Below are positions 63,261 to 64,000 of a stretch of DNA of 64,000 nt, one piece after another. A program made the position numbers and the translations under genes. The DNA comes from Geosiphon pyriformis uo1 (lineage: Eukaryota > Fungi > Glomeromycota). Below the pieces are notes generated by a model. The model saw nothing but the letters and a program-made list of their open reading frames with translations, did not search any database and was not told where the DNA came from. The stretch is from assembly GCA_016748015.1 (NCBI GenBank), contig JAAOMT010000735.1, positions 186,001-250,000 of the forward strand. Reading direction: 5' to 3'. The stretch's first letter is position 1. The number at the start of each line of letters is the position of its first letter.

Positions 63261-64000
63261 TGTGCAATTTAATAAAAACTAATCTTTTTTAAAATTAACC
63301 TGTAAATTTGTCCTAATAAAGATCCTTCTCCCACAACACTAGAAATTAAACTTTCAAATTATTGAAATTTCACAACACTCGGATTTTTTAAACCTAAAAT
63401 ATCCAAGTATGAGAGTAAAATAATTGAAATGTCCTTTTGCTGCTTCAAAATAAAGTTATCAAAATATCATATTAGCCTTTCCAATAGGCAGGATTTAAAT
63501 CCACATAAATTAATATATTTTAGTTCATTGGCTACCGTTGATCAAAATAGTCTTCTTTATTCAACCACATGTATTAGATAGTGTACAATTTGTAGGTCTT
63601 TTAGCCCACGTGAGATTTGATTGGTCTAGAATGAATTATGACTGCTTTCAAAATACATACATTTTGATTCTTTTTTAAAGCTCATTCAGATTCTTATTTG
63701 GAAGGATAGAAAGATTCGAGATTAACATATTTAGAGGTTCCAATTTTCACGTGGAACCAAGCCTTTCCCAAATATCTAATTGCTCGATTAAAAATCTTTA
63801 ATCAATTGTGGGAATTATCTTTCATTGAAATATTCATGAAATATCTTTTAGCTTTCTTTCAAGTACATAAGTCAAAAGAATTACATCATTCTAAAGCCTT
63901 TTAATTTAAAATTATTGTTCATGTTCCCAACCCGCGTCAAGTTATTCAACAAGTGGGAGGACAGGATTAGGAAAGTTCTAATTTTTTAAATAGTTTTATA

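Noticed and set aside
63069-63272. Frame encoding (VNDQ)n after an LKR site, resembling a repeat peptide precursor
   Set aside because: There is an in-frame TAG in the sixth unit and no signal peptide. It is better explained as an LTR-internal array.

Overview
This is AT-rich eukaryotic DNA with short GT-AG introns, a MATA-type HMG-box gene and many microsatellites. It is most consistent with a Glomeromycotina fungus; the retroelements resemble ones I recall from Geosiphon pyriformis, which is inference, not a search result. The first ~23 kb is a nested retroelement cluster. A Ty3/Gypsy element (gag-CCHC-protease-dUTPase-RT-RNase H-integrase) has been almost stripped of C and G by C>T/G>A transitions but can still be read by back-mutation. 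Two much less mutated non-LTR elements sit inside it, tail-to-tail about 60 bp apart: a full-length LINE (ORF1; APE-RT-RNase H-CCHC) and an ORF1-only element with TSD, A-tail and the same 3' UTR. A third LINE abuts its 5' end, and more hypermutated LINE and Gypsy relics follow. The remainder is sparse genic sequence: an HMG-box gene, a secreted Gly/Asn repeat protein, a head-to-head pair of class 3 lipase genes (one GHSLGG, one lacking the catalytic Ser, GHGEGG), a 205-aa orphan and an intronless orphan 7TM protein. These are interspersed with three Tc1/mariner relics, a probable solo LTR and a 110-N gap. The best candidates for undescribed biology are the ORF1-only (HAL1/HeT-A-like) retroelement with its partner LINE, the RIP-like hypermutation, and the lipase/pseudo-lipase divergent pair.
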